The translations under genes were made by a program, and so were the position numbers. A stretch of 64,000 bases of DNA from a virus. Taxonomy: Duplodnaviria > Caudoviricetes. Under the pieces are notes generated by a model. It saw only the letters and a program-made list of their open reading frames with translations. It had not been told where the DNA came from and made no database searches. Positions 20,459-31,503 of the stretch are shown piece after piece. The first letter of the stretch is position 1; the number at the start of each line of letters is the position of its first letter. The stretch covers positions 1 to 64,000 of IMG/VR virus record IMGVR_UViG_2939201121_000002, one strand, 5' to 3'.

Positions 20459-21682
20459 ATGGACAAAATTCAAATCTTGCTTGGAAAAATTGAAGATACC
20501 AAGCGTCAAATTGATTTAAAAGTTAAATTTGCAACACGCGCACTTGATAATGATGAATTGGAGAAAGCTGAACAGTTGGAAGAAGAAATCTCTAACTTAC
20601 GTTCAGAATTAAAAGCGAAAGAAGAAGAACTTGCCTCATTAAAAGACGAGGACGATAACACAGAATCAGATACAGTAACGGCTACTGACGAACGTTCTAC
20701 TCGCTCACAAAATTTCAACGCTTTTGATTTAGGTGTTATTCCCGAAACTAAAGTAACGTCACAAGAAGTTCGTGATTTTACAGCTTATCTTGAATCACGT
20801 AACGACATTAAAGGTGGTTCATTAAAAACTGACTCAGGCTTTGTAGTAATCCCCGAAGAAATCGTTACAGACATCTTAAAGTTGAAAGAAGTTGAATTCA
20901 ACTTAGATAAGTATGTAACAATTAAAAAAGTTACTAATGGATCAGGTAAATATCCAGTAGTACGTCAATCAGAAGTTGCAGCGTTACCGGAAGTTGAAGA
21001 ACTTGCAGAAAACCCTGAACTTGCTGTAAAACCTTTCTTTGAGTTAGCTTACGACATCAAAACACGTCGTGGATATTTCCGAATTTCTCGAGAAGCAATC
21101 GAAGATAGCAAAATCAACGTGTTACAAGAATTGAAATTGTGGTTAGCACGTACAATCGCAGCAACACGTAACAAAGCAATCATCGATGTAATCCAAAAAG
21201 GTGGTAAAGGTGAAAAAGGCGAACAAACTAAATTAGAAACAATCCCTGCTACTGGTATCGATGGATTAAAAGACGCTGTTAACTTACACATCAAACCGAA
21301 TTACGAACACAACGTTGCAATCGTATCACAAACAATGTTCGCAAAATTAGACAAAGCGAAAGACTTGTTAGGTAACTACTTAATCCAACCTGATGTGAAA
21401 GAGAAATCTCAACAACGCTTATTAGGCGCTAAAATTGAGATTTTACCAGATGAAATGCTTGGAGAAAAAGGTAACGAAAAACTTATTTTCGGTAACTTAA
21501 AAGACGCATTAGTGTTATTCGACCGTTCTCAATATCAAGCGGCTTGGACAGATTACATGCACTTTGGTGAGTGTTTAATGGTTGCAGTGCGTCAAGACGT
21601 ACGTATTTTAGATTACAAATCCGCAATTGTTATTGATTATAAAGACCCTAAACCGCAAGAAGAAGAAGTTCAATCAATCTAA
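20459..21682 (+). CDS. Major capsid protein (HK97 fold with delta domain)
   Basis: N-terminal coiled coil, GFVVIPEE, FGNL. Confidence 0.93.
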   Translation: MDKIQILLGKIEDTKRQIDLKVKFATRALDNDELEKAEQLEEEISNLRSELKAKEEELASLKDEDDNTESDTVTATDERSTRSQNFNAFDLGVIPETKVTSQEVRDFTAYLESRNDIKGGSLKTDSGFVVIPEEIVTDILKLKEVEFNLDKYVTIKKVTNGSGKYPVVRQSEVAALPEVEELAENPELAVKPFFELAYDIKTRRGYFRISREAIEDSKINVLQELKLWLARTIAATRNKAIIDVIQKGGKGEKGEQTKLETIPATGIDGLKDAVNLHIKPNYEHNVAIVSQTMFAKLDKAKDLLGNYLIQPDVKEKSQQRLLGAKIEILPDEMLGEKGNEKLIFGNLKDALVLFDRSQYQAAWTDYMHFGECLMVAVRQDVRILDYKSAIVIDYKDPKPQEEEVQSI

Positions 21683-21697
21683 AGGAGTGGCTAAACA

Positions 21698-21856
21698 ATG
21701 GCTAAATACAAAGTATTGACTAGCTATAAAGACAAACAGCTCTCTCGTGTTCTGAATGTAAATGATGTGGTTGAAATGACTGTAAAGCGTGCAAAAGAAG
21801 TCAATGAGAATTTGAAACCTAAAAACGGCATTCTAGAACGCATTGATAATAAGTAG
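21698..21856 (+). CDS. Small head-associated protein (52 aa)
   Basis: AGGAG RBS; MAKYKVL...VEMTVKRA pattern after the capsid gene. Confidence 0.6.
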   Translation: MAKYKVLTSYKDKQLSRVLNVNDVVEMTVKRAKEVNENLKPKNGILERIDNK

Positions 21857-22156
21857 GTGATTGCAGTGATTGATCTCGAACTATTAAAAAAGCATTGTAA
21901 AATCGACCATAATTTTGAAAACGACTTACTGGAAATGTATTACGAGTGGGCAAAACAGGATATAGCAGCAGCAATCACTGATGACCTTAATTGGTTAGAA
22001 ACGCAACCGCTTTTTAAAGCTGCTATATTCCCGCTCACTGCTTATTATTATGAAAATCGAATCGCTTATACTGAGCGGAAATTAGACTATGCACCGCATA
22101 TGGTTTTGAGTGTAGTGCATAAATTGAGGGACGCATATGCGGTTCGATTCGAATAG
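21857..22156 (+). CDS. Head-tail connector (gp6-like)
   Basis: LELLKKHCKID...YYENR. Confidence 0.85.
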   Translation: MIAVIDLELLKKHCKIDHNFENDLLEMYYEWAKQDIAAAITDDLNWLETQPLFKAAIFPLTAYYYENRIAYTERKLDYAPHMVLSVVHKLRDAYAVRFE

Positions 22157-22469
22157 ATTAAATGAGCGTGTAACGTTTTATGAAGATATCAGTAAGTCGA
22201 TAAAAGGATTACCGCAAAAACCAATTACAAAAGAGTTATATAGTTGTTATGCATCTGTACAAGACGCGAAAGAGTCTGACACACAGACGAGTATTCAAAA
22301 CAGTACAGAATTCATCAAAACAATTATTATACGCGATCCACGCGGTGATTATAATCCAACAAATAAGCATTACGTATTGCATGATGGTAATCGTTATGAT
22401 GTGGTTTATGTCAAAAAGGATTATCAAGATAAATCATTCATACGTATTTATTGTAAGGTCGTGATTTGA
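22137..22469 (+). CDS. Head-tail adaptor/closure protein
   Basis: Position; RLNERVTF motif. Confidence 0.75.
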   Translation: MRFDSNRLNERVTFYEDISKSIKGLPQKPITKELYSCYASVQDAKESDTQTSIQNSTEFIKTIIIRDPRGDYNPTNKHYVLHDGNRYDVVYVKKDYQDKSFIRIYCKVVI

Positions 22470-22846
22470 TGCCCGCAAAAATTAGTAGAAACGATATAGA
22501 ACAAGGTCTTATGCGTCAACAACTTAATTTCAAGGCTAATCAAAAGCGTGTATTGCTTGCAGGAGCAATGTCATTGATACCCGCTTTAAGAAAAAACACG
22601 CCATTGAGCGATAGAAATAAACACGCTAAAGACCATATATCAGTATCTAATGTAAAAACAGATAAAGACAGCGGAGAAAGTTATGTGACGATCGGTTATA
22701 CAAAAGGTTATGCGCATCGTATACATGCGACAGAGTTTGGAACAATGTATCAACAACCACAGTTATTCATTACAAAAACAGAAAAAGCAAACAGAGATAC
22801 AGTATTTAAAGCGATGTCTACTGCTTTTAGGAGGTTGAATAAATGA
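22466..22846 (+). CDS. HK97 gp10-like neck protein
   Basis: EFGTMYQQPQLF motif. Confidence 0.8.
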   Translation: MMPAKISRNDIEQGLMRQQLNFKANQKRVLLAGAMSLIPALRKNTPLSDRNKHAKDHISVSNVKTDKDSGESYVTIGYTKGYAHRIHATEFGTMYQQPQLFITKTEKANRDTVFKAMSTAFRRLNK

Positions 22847-23205
22847 ATATTACAGAACTGATTTACGATACCATTGTTCAAAACGAAGATATAACCATTG
22901 ATGATAATGTTTTTAGGTATGTCGTACCTCAAAACTTCCACACACATACTGACAAGCCTATTGTAAGGATTGTTCCGCTACCCTATCACTCTGATGAATA
23001 TGCTGATGATACCGAATTAACGAGAGAGTATGACTTTCAAATAGACATTTGGTGGTCATCAGACGAGCCATACGAGCAAGCAGAATTGATTGTACAAGCA
23101 TTAAAAGATATAAATTTCAAAACTTATTATAGAGAACCTTTGTACGAAGTCGAGACTCAGACGTTTCGGGAAATTATTCGTGCAAACGGTTCTCTTTTAA
23201 TTTAG
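22843..23205 (+). CDS. Tail completion/terminator protein
   Basis: Position; QIDIW motif. Confidence 0.7.
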   Translation: MNITELIYDTIVQNEDITIDDNVFRYVVPQNFHTHTDKPIVRIVPLPYHSDEYADDTELTREYDFQIDIWWSSDEPYEQAELIVQALKDINFKTYYREPLYEVETQTFREIIRANGSLLI

Positions 23206-23216
23206 GAGGAAGATTA

Positions 23217-24158
23217 ATGGAAAAATTAAAATTAAACTTGCAACATTTTGCAGAATCAACTGGCGTATCTGGTATCGCTATTGGTGTAACTAACTTTTAT
23301 TGGGCGCCGATCGAAACTGATACAGATAAAGAATGGGAAGTTAAAGGCGGACATCGCACACGATTCTTGAAAGAAATCGAAGTTGACCGTCCACAAGAGA
23401 CTGAAGAAGAGTACGGTGACAACATTGTTGCTGCAACTGCCGTTTCAAACGGTAAATTATCAGTTAAAACGACGTTCGTATCGATTCCGGCTGAGCAAAA
23501 AGCGTTTTTGGCAGGTGCTAAAAAAGGTGAAGGCGGTTTTAAATATGGTGCAAACGATATTCCGCCAGACGTGGCAGTTGTGTTTGAACGTACAAATCAC
23601 GATGGTTCATCTGAATGGGTCGGTTTATTCAAAGGTAAATTCACACGCCCGTCATTAAGCGGACAAACTAAACAAGACAAAGTTGAATTCCAAAATGATG
23701 AGGTTGAAGGCTCATTTGTTGACCGTTTGTTTGATGAATCATCACATGTAACTGGATTCGACAAAAAAGGCGAACATAAAGGACGCGACTACGTTTTCAC
23801 TGAAACATTTGGTAAAACGTTTGATGAATTTATCAAAGATTTGAATCAGGATCTAGAAATGGAATCGGTGGAAAAAGCGATGCCGGGAAAGCAGAATGAG
23901 GAAAGCGTTAGAAGTGTAACACTTTCCAAAGAATCTACTACAATTAAGAAAGGTAAAACTGAACAATTAGTAGTTACTACTGCTCCTGTGGGCAAAACAG
24001 TTACTTATCGAGTAACGGAAGGTAGTCAGTTCATCAGTGTGAATAACAGTGGTTTAGTTACGGCTAAAGCAGTAGGACGCGGTGTAGTTACAGCTACATC
24101 AGGTAACCAAAGTGACACTATTAGTGTCGAAGTACAAGACGAAGTACAATCTATCTAA
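23217..24158 (+). CDS. Major tail protein with C-terminal Ig-like domain
   Basis: phi13-type tube motifs; V.V..SGLVTAKAVG Ig-like repeat. Confidence 0.9.
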   Translation: MEKLKLNLQHFAESTGVSGIAIGVTNFYWAPIETDTDKEWEVKGGHRTRFLKEIEVDRPQETEEEYGDNIVAATAVSNGKLSVKTTFVSIPAEQKAFLAGAKKGEGGFKYGANDIPPDVAVVFERTNHDGSSEWVGLFKGKFTRPSLSGQTKQDKVEFQNDEVEGSFVDRLFDESSHVTGFDKKGEHKGRDYVFTETFGKTFDEFIKDLNQDLEMESVEKAMPGKQNEESVRSVTLSKESTTIKKGKTEQLVVTTAPVGKTVTYRVTEGSQFISVNNSGLVTAKAVGRGVVTATSGNQSDTISVEVQDEVQSI

Positions 24159-24224
24159 TTTAAGAGGGGGCTACCCCTCTTTTATTTTTGCGCAAAAATA
24201 AAAAAATGAAAGTAGGAATCTAAT

Positions 24225-24856
24225 ATGGCGAGACCATCAATTGAATTAATTACTGGATACACAAAAGCAGGTAAACCACAGACAAAAAAATACTTAGCAA
24301 AACCAATCATTACACTATTCGACACAATTCAAGGGACTAAATTAGCAAAAAAAATGCAAAACTTTTACGCGGATTCTGATTTTAAAGAGTTGACGGAAGA
24401 AGAATACGCAAGTTTATCAGAAACAGAAAAAGCAGAATACAACGACAAGTTGCAAGAACAAGAGAAGAGAATGCTTGAAATGTTTGATGCGATTGAAGAA
24501 ATTACGACTTTTATTGCAGAAATGTTTGGCAATCAATTCACATCAGAAGAATTACAAAAAGGTTTAGAAAGCGGGGATAAAGGTTTTGAGACGCTTTCTG
24601 AAGTTCTAGGCTCACTAATTGCAGGAGATGTGGACGAAACAAAAAAGTTCGTGACCGAGAACACGAAATAGACCCTGATGACCTTACACCAGAGGGACAA
24701 TATAAAAATTATATGAAACTAGCAAAGAAGTTAATTGAAGAAGGCATGGACCCCGATAAAGTCGCGAACATGCCTATTCACTTCTTTTTAAATATTGTCG
24801 CGTCGGAAGTAGAAACAAAGAAAAAGGCTAAAAGTTTTGCAGAAATATTTGGCTAG
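24225..24856 (+). CDS. Tail assembly chaperone gpG (stop 24671) and -1 frameshift product gpGT (stop 24856)
   Basis: In-frame A AAA AAG slippery site 24641-24647, then TTCGTG/CACGAA hairpin; -1 frame open to TAG 24854-24856. Confidence 0.85.
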
Positions 24857-24871
24857 AAAGGAGGTTACGCT

Positions 24872-27800
24872 ATGGCAAATCCTATAGGTAATATGGTCAT
24901 ACGTGTTGACTTGGACGGCTCAGGCTTTAATAAAGGCATTGCAGGTTTAAACCGTCAAATGCGAATGGTCTCGCGTGAGATGAGCGCTAATTTATCACAG
25001 TTTGGACGCTATGATAAATCTTTAGAGAAATCAAGGTTGAAAGTTGAGGGATTAACTAAGCGTCAACAATTGCAAACACAAAAAGTTAAAGAATTAAAGG
25101 CACAATATAATCGTCTATCCGCTGAAACCGGAGAAAATAGCGCTAAAACACAAGCTGCTGCTGCTAAATACAATCAAGCTTATGCAGAGTTAAATAAGTA
25201 TGAGCGAGAGTTACAAGAAGCAACGAACGAAATGAAAAAGATGGAAACGCAACAACGTGCTTTGAATACTTCTATGGGAAAAATCGGTTCAAATTTATCG
25301 AAATGGGGACCGAAATTCCAAGAAATCGGACGTAGTATGCAGTCCATTGGTCGTAACATGAGTTTGTATGTAACTGCTCCAGTTGTAGCCGGTTTTGGTG
25401 CGGCAGCAAAGAAAAGCATAGACTTTGACGACTCTATGCGTAAAGTTAAAGCCACATCGGGTGCAACAAGCGGAGAATTCCAACAACTCCGCGATAAAGC
25501 GTTGGAAATGGGTGCAAAAACTAAGTTTAGTGCCAGTCAATCAGCAGAAGCTTTGAATTACATGGCCTTAGCCGGGTGGGATACCAAAGATATGCTTAAC
25601 GGTATCGATGGCGTCATGCAGTTAGCGGCAGCTTCAGGCGAAGATTTAGGACAAGTGAGCGATATCGTAACTGACTCGTTAACAGCATTCGGTTTGAAAG
25701 CTAAAGATAGCGGTCACTTTGCTGATGTGTTAGCACAAACAAGCTCTAAAGCAAATACTGACGTTCGCGGTATGGGTGAAGCCTTCAAATATGCAGCACC
25801 AGTAGCAGGGGCGTTAGGATACACTGTGGAAGATACATCAATAGCCATTGGTTTAATGAGTAATGCGGGTATAAATATGCTCGAACACACAGTAATGTGT
25901 GCGTAGAAATCGGTGAATTCGGTAGAGGTTAAGGTGGTAAAACACTATATTAATACCGAGCCAAGCGTGTGAACGTTCAAAAAGTAACACGAAGGTGTAG
26001 AGACTAAAAGTTGAACTAGAACAAGTAATAATACTTTCACGAGCGCCGATTATCCTATTAGGATAAAGATATAGTCCGACACTCAAAGGAAACTTTGAGA
26101 TTATAGGGTAAACTCCTATAAATAACTGTTGATTAAAGGTGAAAAAGCAGGTACAGCATTACGTACTATGTTTACTAACCTAGCAAAACCTACAAAAGCG
26201 ATGAAAAACCAAATGGACGAGTTAGGTATATCCATTACAGACAGTCAAGGTAACATGTTACCTATGCGCGACGTTATGGATCAATTGCGTGGTAAGTTTA
26301 AAGGCTTGTCTAAAGACCAACAAGCAAGCGCAGCAGCTACGATTTTCGGTAAGGAAGCGATGAGTGGTGCATTAGCTGTTATTAATGCTTCTGATGAGGA
26401 TTACAAAAAATTGACGAAGTCTATCGATAATTCAACAGGTGCATCTAAACGAATGTCCGATGAAATGGAAGGCGGTATTGGTGGCTCTATTCGAAAGATG
26501 AAATCAGCTTTTGAGTCACTCGCGATTAGTATTGGTGATGTGTTAGCCCCTCATATACGTAGATTAGCTGACCTTTTAGCAGCATTAGCAACAAACTTTA
26601 CTAATATGCCTGGTTTTGTAAAAACGGCAGTTGTTGGTTTTGGTTTGTTTGCAGCTGCATTAGGACCGGTCATTCTAGCAACTGGTTTATTCACTTCAGC
26701 AATAGGAAGTATCGCAGGTGTTGTAGGACCTGCGATGTTAGCGGTGTCTAAAGCGGGCGGAGTTATGGCTTTATTAGGTACCAAAGCGCCATTAGCAGCG
26801 AAAGGTTTAACGCTTGTCGGCGGTGCGTTTAAATTTATGCTTGGTCCAGTCGGATTAGCAATTTCCGCAATTTTTGCTATCGGTACAGCGTTCGTTATTG
26901 CTTATAAAAAATCTGAAACATTCAGAAGCATTGTAAATAAAGTAATCAATCCAGTTGTTTCAGGTTTCAAAGGTCTTTGGAATGTAGCAAAAAACGTTTT
27001 TGATTCATTGAAAAATCTCTTCTCAGGAAATTCCTTACCTACAGTCGATTTACTATCCAAAATCATGCCTAAAGAAACAGCAACCAAAGTCTCAGCAACT
27101 TTAATGCAAGTGAGACAAACATTCATCAACGCATTCAGTGATATATGGAATTTTGGTCAGGAAATAGGTCGAAAACTTACTTCTTTCTGGAAAGAAAATG
27201 GTGATGATCTAATTCAAGCATTCGTGAATATTGGCAACTTTTTTAAAGGTTTCTTTGTTGAACTTAAAAATTTAATAGGTCCTAATTTACGTGAATTAGG
27301 TACTTTAGTTAAAACGGTATTCATGAATGTAATTGTGCCGACAATCAAAATAGCAATGCAGATTATTTGGAGTGTCATGAAATTTTTATGGCCACTTATA
27401 AAGACATTGATTGTGGATACTTGGAATAATATCAAGGGGATTATAAAAGGCGCATTAGACGTTATATTGGGTATTGTTAAAGTTTTTAGTGGCATTTTTA
27501 CAGGTCAATGGGGCAAAGCATGGTCCGGTGTCAAACAGATTTTCAGTGGTGCATTAACGCTAATTTGGAATTTGATTCAATTATGGTTAATAGGTAAGAT
27601 TCTCAAAGTGGTAAAAGTATTTGCAGGATTGTTTAAAGGTGCATTCAGTGCTCTATTCAAAGGCGCAAAAAATATTGTAACATCATCACTTAAATTTATT
27701 TGGTCGATAGTTAGCAATATTTTTGGAAAAATTTCTTCATTCACACGTAATATTTTCGGTAAACTTTCTAATTTTATAAAAAATATATGGAGTTCGATTC

Positions 27801-29998
27801 GTGATTCAGTGGTGAATATAGTAAAATCGCTTTGGTCTCGAATACGAAATATCTGGAATTCTTTATATAAAGGTTCTCGCAATACTTTTAATAATCTGAA
27901 AAAATGGTTAACGAATTTGTGGTCATCGTTAAGGAATAGGGTTGTTGACACAGTATCGAATATGTGGTCTCGAATCAAAGGAATTTTTAACAATTTATAT
28001 AGCGGGACACGCAATATTTTTGATCGCGTCAGAAATTCGATAGTTGATAAGTGGCGCTCCATTAGAAAATCCGTAACTGATATTGTCTCAAAATTATGGG
28101 GTTCGGTGCGACGAACTTTTAATAATATGTCTGATGGTTTACGTAATATCATAGGAAAAATTAAAGACCATATAGGTGGTATGACAGGTGCCGTTAAAAA
28201 AGGGATAAATGGTTTGATTGATGGTCTAAATGGTATTGGTAAACATTTAAGTCTACCTAAGATACCTAGATTGTCAACCGGTACACAACGTATTAACAGA
28301 CACGTCAAAACAACTCATGACGGACGATTAAAAGAAGGTACTATGGCAGTTGTAGGTGACAGAGGTCGAGGAAATGGTAAAGGTATTGATGGTCGACGCG
28401 AGTTGATTCAATATCCGAATGGACGCACAGTACTCACACCTGCAAAAGATACAACGACATGGCTTCCTAAAGGGTCACGCGTTATTAGTGGTAGTCAAAG
28501 ACAAGGTATGACTGGTATACCTAAATTAAATATAGGTACTTGGTTCGGTAATGCTAAAAACTGGTTGTCAGAAAAGGCGAGCTTTATTGGTGGCAAGGTT
28601 GGAGATGTAAGTAAATGGATTACAGATAAAATCGGTGACGTTATGGACTTCATTGACAATCCAGGAAAACTACTAAATAAAGTGTTAAGTGGTTTAGGTA
28701 TTAACTTCGATTCCATTACTAAAGGCATGGGCATTGTTGGCGACATTACTCGCGGTGCTTGGAAAAATATTAAAAAGGCAGCAACGAAATGGATTGAAGA
28801 AGGCTTCAACTCAATAGGCGGAGAGTTTGTCGGTGGTGTTTTAGACCCTGATAAAATCAATTACCATTATGGTCATACTGCTGCGTACACAGCTGCAACT
28901 GGTCGTCCTTTCCATGAAGGTGTCGACTTCCCGTTTGTTTATCAAACTGTACGTACACCTATGGGCGGACGTGTGGCTAGACAAGCATTTATGCCAGGCG
29001 GATATGGTAACTGGGTTAAAGTTATTGGTGGAGCAATGGAATTAATCTTTGCTCACCTCAAAAACTTCAGCAAAACACCAGCAAGTGGAAAAACTGTCAA
29101 AGCTGGTGACGTTATCGGTTTAACTGGTAATACAGGTTTTAGTACAGGGCCACACTTGCATTTCGGTATTAGAAAAAACGGAAGAGACATTGACCCTGAG
29201 CCTATTTTGAGAGAAGCAAAACGGAAAGGTAAATTAGGTGGCATGGGTGGCGGTAAAGGTTATCCTGCCGGCTCAGGTGCAGCATATGCAAGTCGTGTTA
29301 TCAGTCAAGCGCAGAGTATTCTTGGTGGTCGATATAAGTCACGTTACATTCACGAACAAATGATGCGTGTGGCTAAACGTGAGTCAAACTATCAACCTAA
29401 CGTAGTAAACAACTGGGATATCAATGCTTTACGTGGCGATCCATCACGTGGGTTGTTCCAAATTATTGGAAGTACATTCCGTGCTAATGCAAAACCTGGT
29501 TACAATAATTTTAGCAATCCATTGCATCAAGCAATCTCAGCAATGCGATATATCGTTGCTCGTTATGGTTGGGGTGGATTCAAACGCGCTGGTGACTATG
29601 CTTACGCGACAGGTGGATTAGTTCACAAAGGATTATATCAATTAGGAGAAGAAGGTTACCCCGAATGGATTATTCCAACTGATCCATCACGTGCTAGTGA
29701 CGCAGCAAAATTATTAGCGTTAGCTAGTAAGGATATTAGCAAAAATAAACGTCCGAAAAACTTTAATAACACTACTATCGGAAATGACAACGACAGTAAC
29801 AGTAAACTTGAAAGCAAGCTAGATACTATGATTGGCTTACTGATTAAGCTAGTCGGAAGTAATGAGGAAATCGCAGACAAAGACTATACTCCTATTATTG
29901 ACAATTTCGGATTGAAAGACTTTATCAATGTAATAATGGATAAGCGTGAACGTGATAAGTCACGTAAAGGTAGATATGGCGGAGGTGCTTTAATTTAA
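24872..29998 (+). CDS. Tape measure protein (join 24872..25870,26132..29998; 1621 aa) with C-terminal M23 peptidase and lytic transglycosylase domains
   Basis: Removing the intron restores SNAG-IKGEKAGTALR; HEGVD/HLH M23 motifs; RESN/GLFQ SLT motifs. Confidence 0.92.
25871..26131 (+). ncRNA. ORF-less group I intron (261 nt)
   Basis: 5' exon ends in U with P1 CGGGU/GCUCG (U.G pair); P3 AATCGGTG 25908 / CGCCGATT 26044; P7 GACTA 26002 / TAGTC 26072 within AAGATATAGTCC; terminal G at 26131. Confidence 0.92.
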
Positions 29999-31488
29999 TG
30001 AATGACACAATTTTAGTTAATGGTAAGTCACTTCCGTGGCTTTATGTACAAAGAGGGTTTAAAATACCCTCTTTTAATTATGAAGTGAAAACAGATGCAG
30101 TAAGTGGACGAGCAGGCAGTGTGTTCAAATCTAGGGAATTATCAGAACATAGATTTGATTTGCCGTTAGTCATACACAATGATTATCTTGCTCATAGCGG
30201 CATAAAATCGCATGACGATATTTTAAGTGAATTAGTTGAGTTTTTCGATTTTGATAAATCTGTAAAACTCCAATTTAAATCAAAAAAATGGTACTGGAAC
30301 GTTTACTTTGAGGGTCCATTAGAAATAAACAGTAAAACTGAAAACAATATTAATGTTGTAACAATCAAAGTCGTTCTCGCTGATCCATACAAATATGCTG
30401 TTGAAGGAAGTCAAAACACAGCGATTAGCGACGCCGTTTCAGTAGTTAATTCTGGAACGACAGACACACCAATTATTGTGGAAGCAAGAGCGTTACAGAA
30501 TTCCAATTATTTTATGATTTCAAAAGGCGACGAGGATTATTTCATGATTGGTGATGACGACTTAGATAAGCCGTTAAAAGATTATTCGCCTTTGATTTTG
30601 GAGGATGAATTCAAAACTTTAAACGGTTGGACAAGGATAGCAAATGGTAACATCGTCGATAATATTTTAGGTGGCATTGTTGGAGGCACATATAAGCTTG
30701 AAAAAAATAAAGAAGGCTTTGAATTAGCAAGTTTTCCCGAAGGTAAAGATTGGGTCGGAGCGCAGTATAAAAAAGGTTTTTCTAAAAGCCTTATCGATTT
30801 TAAGATAATTGTTAAAGGGATAATTTATCAAAAAATTAAAGGGGCTGGTAAGATAGCTTACCACATTTACGACACCGATAACCGTTTAATAGCTGTACTA
30901 GGCTATTTAAATTCTGCTGAGACGTCGGCTAATGGTAAATTTATAGTTAGTTTGTTTAATCAGAGCGGTGACATGATTAAAATTTTTGAAGCAAGAAACG
31001 TACCTCTCGTTAATAAAATGGAAACGTTAATTATATATATGTCATTAGAACGTATCTCCACCAATTTCAGAATAAAGGTGTGGTTATATCATCATGAAAA
31101 AGACGCTAATCGTACCAAACCACTACAAATTGCCGATAAAACGTATACAGATTCAGGAAATTTTTATCAACGTCCTGTAGCATCAATTGGTGTTTATGAA
31201 GCTAAAAATGGAGCATCACCACGTATGATGAGAATGCATCCTTTAGGCATTTATCTTTATCAAAAACTACCTAAACCCCCAAGTGCTCGTGACATGATTA
31301 TAAAGAAAGGCGATCTAATAAGAATTGATACTCATACACAAAATGTACTTGTCAACGAAGAGTCGTTCTTGTCCGAAAAAATGTTTGGTAGTAATTATTT
31401 CAATGTTGATAAAGGACATACAGAACTCGTTATTAATCCGCCTGGAATTTTTGATACAACTGTGAAATGGCAAGACAGATTCTTATAG
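29998..31488 (+). CDS. Distal tail protein (Dit)
   Basis: Follows TMP; DPYKY motif. Confidence 0.85.
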   Translation: MNDTILVNGKSLPWLYVQRGFKIPSFNYEVKTDAVSGRAGSVFKSRELSEHRFDLPLVIHNDYLAHSGIKSHDDILSELVEFFDFDKSVKLQFKSKKWYWNVYFEGPLEINSKTENNINVVTIKVVLADPYKYAVEGSQNTAISDAVSVVNSGTTDTPIIVEARALQNSNYFMISKGDEDYFMIGDDDLDKPLKDYSPLILEDEFKTLNGWTRIANGNIVDNILGGIVGGTYKLEKNKEGFELASFPEGKDWVGAQYKKGFSKSLIDFKIIVKGIIYQKIKGAGKIAYHIYDTDNRLIAVLGYLNSAETSANGKFIVSLFNQSGDMIKIFEARNVPLVNKMETLIIYMSLERISTNFRIKVWLYHHEKDANRTKPLQIADKTYTDSGNFYQRPVASIGVYEAKNGASPRMMRMHPLGIYLYQKLPKPPSARDMIIKKGDLIRIDTHTQNVLVNEESFLSEKMFGSNYFNVDKGHTELVINPPGIFDTTVKWQDRFL

Positions 31489-31503
31489 AAAGGAGGTTAT
31501 ACA

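Noticed and set aside
27577-28308. 243-aa antisense ORF and the many other shadow ORFs inside TMP, Tal, primase, portal and RT genes
   Set aside because: They overlap well-supported genes on the other strand or frame, without RBS or motifs
24872-29998. Tape measure gene as a pseudogene or two genes
   Set aside because: The interruption is a complete group I intron and splicing restores the conserved frame
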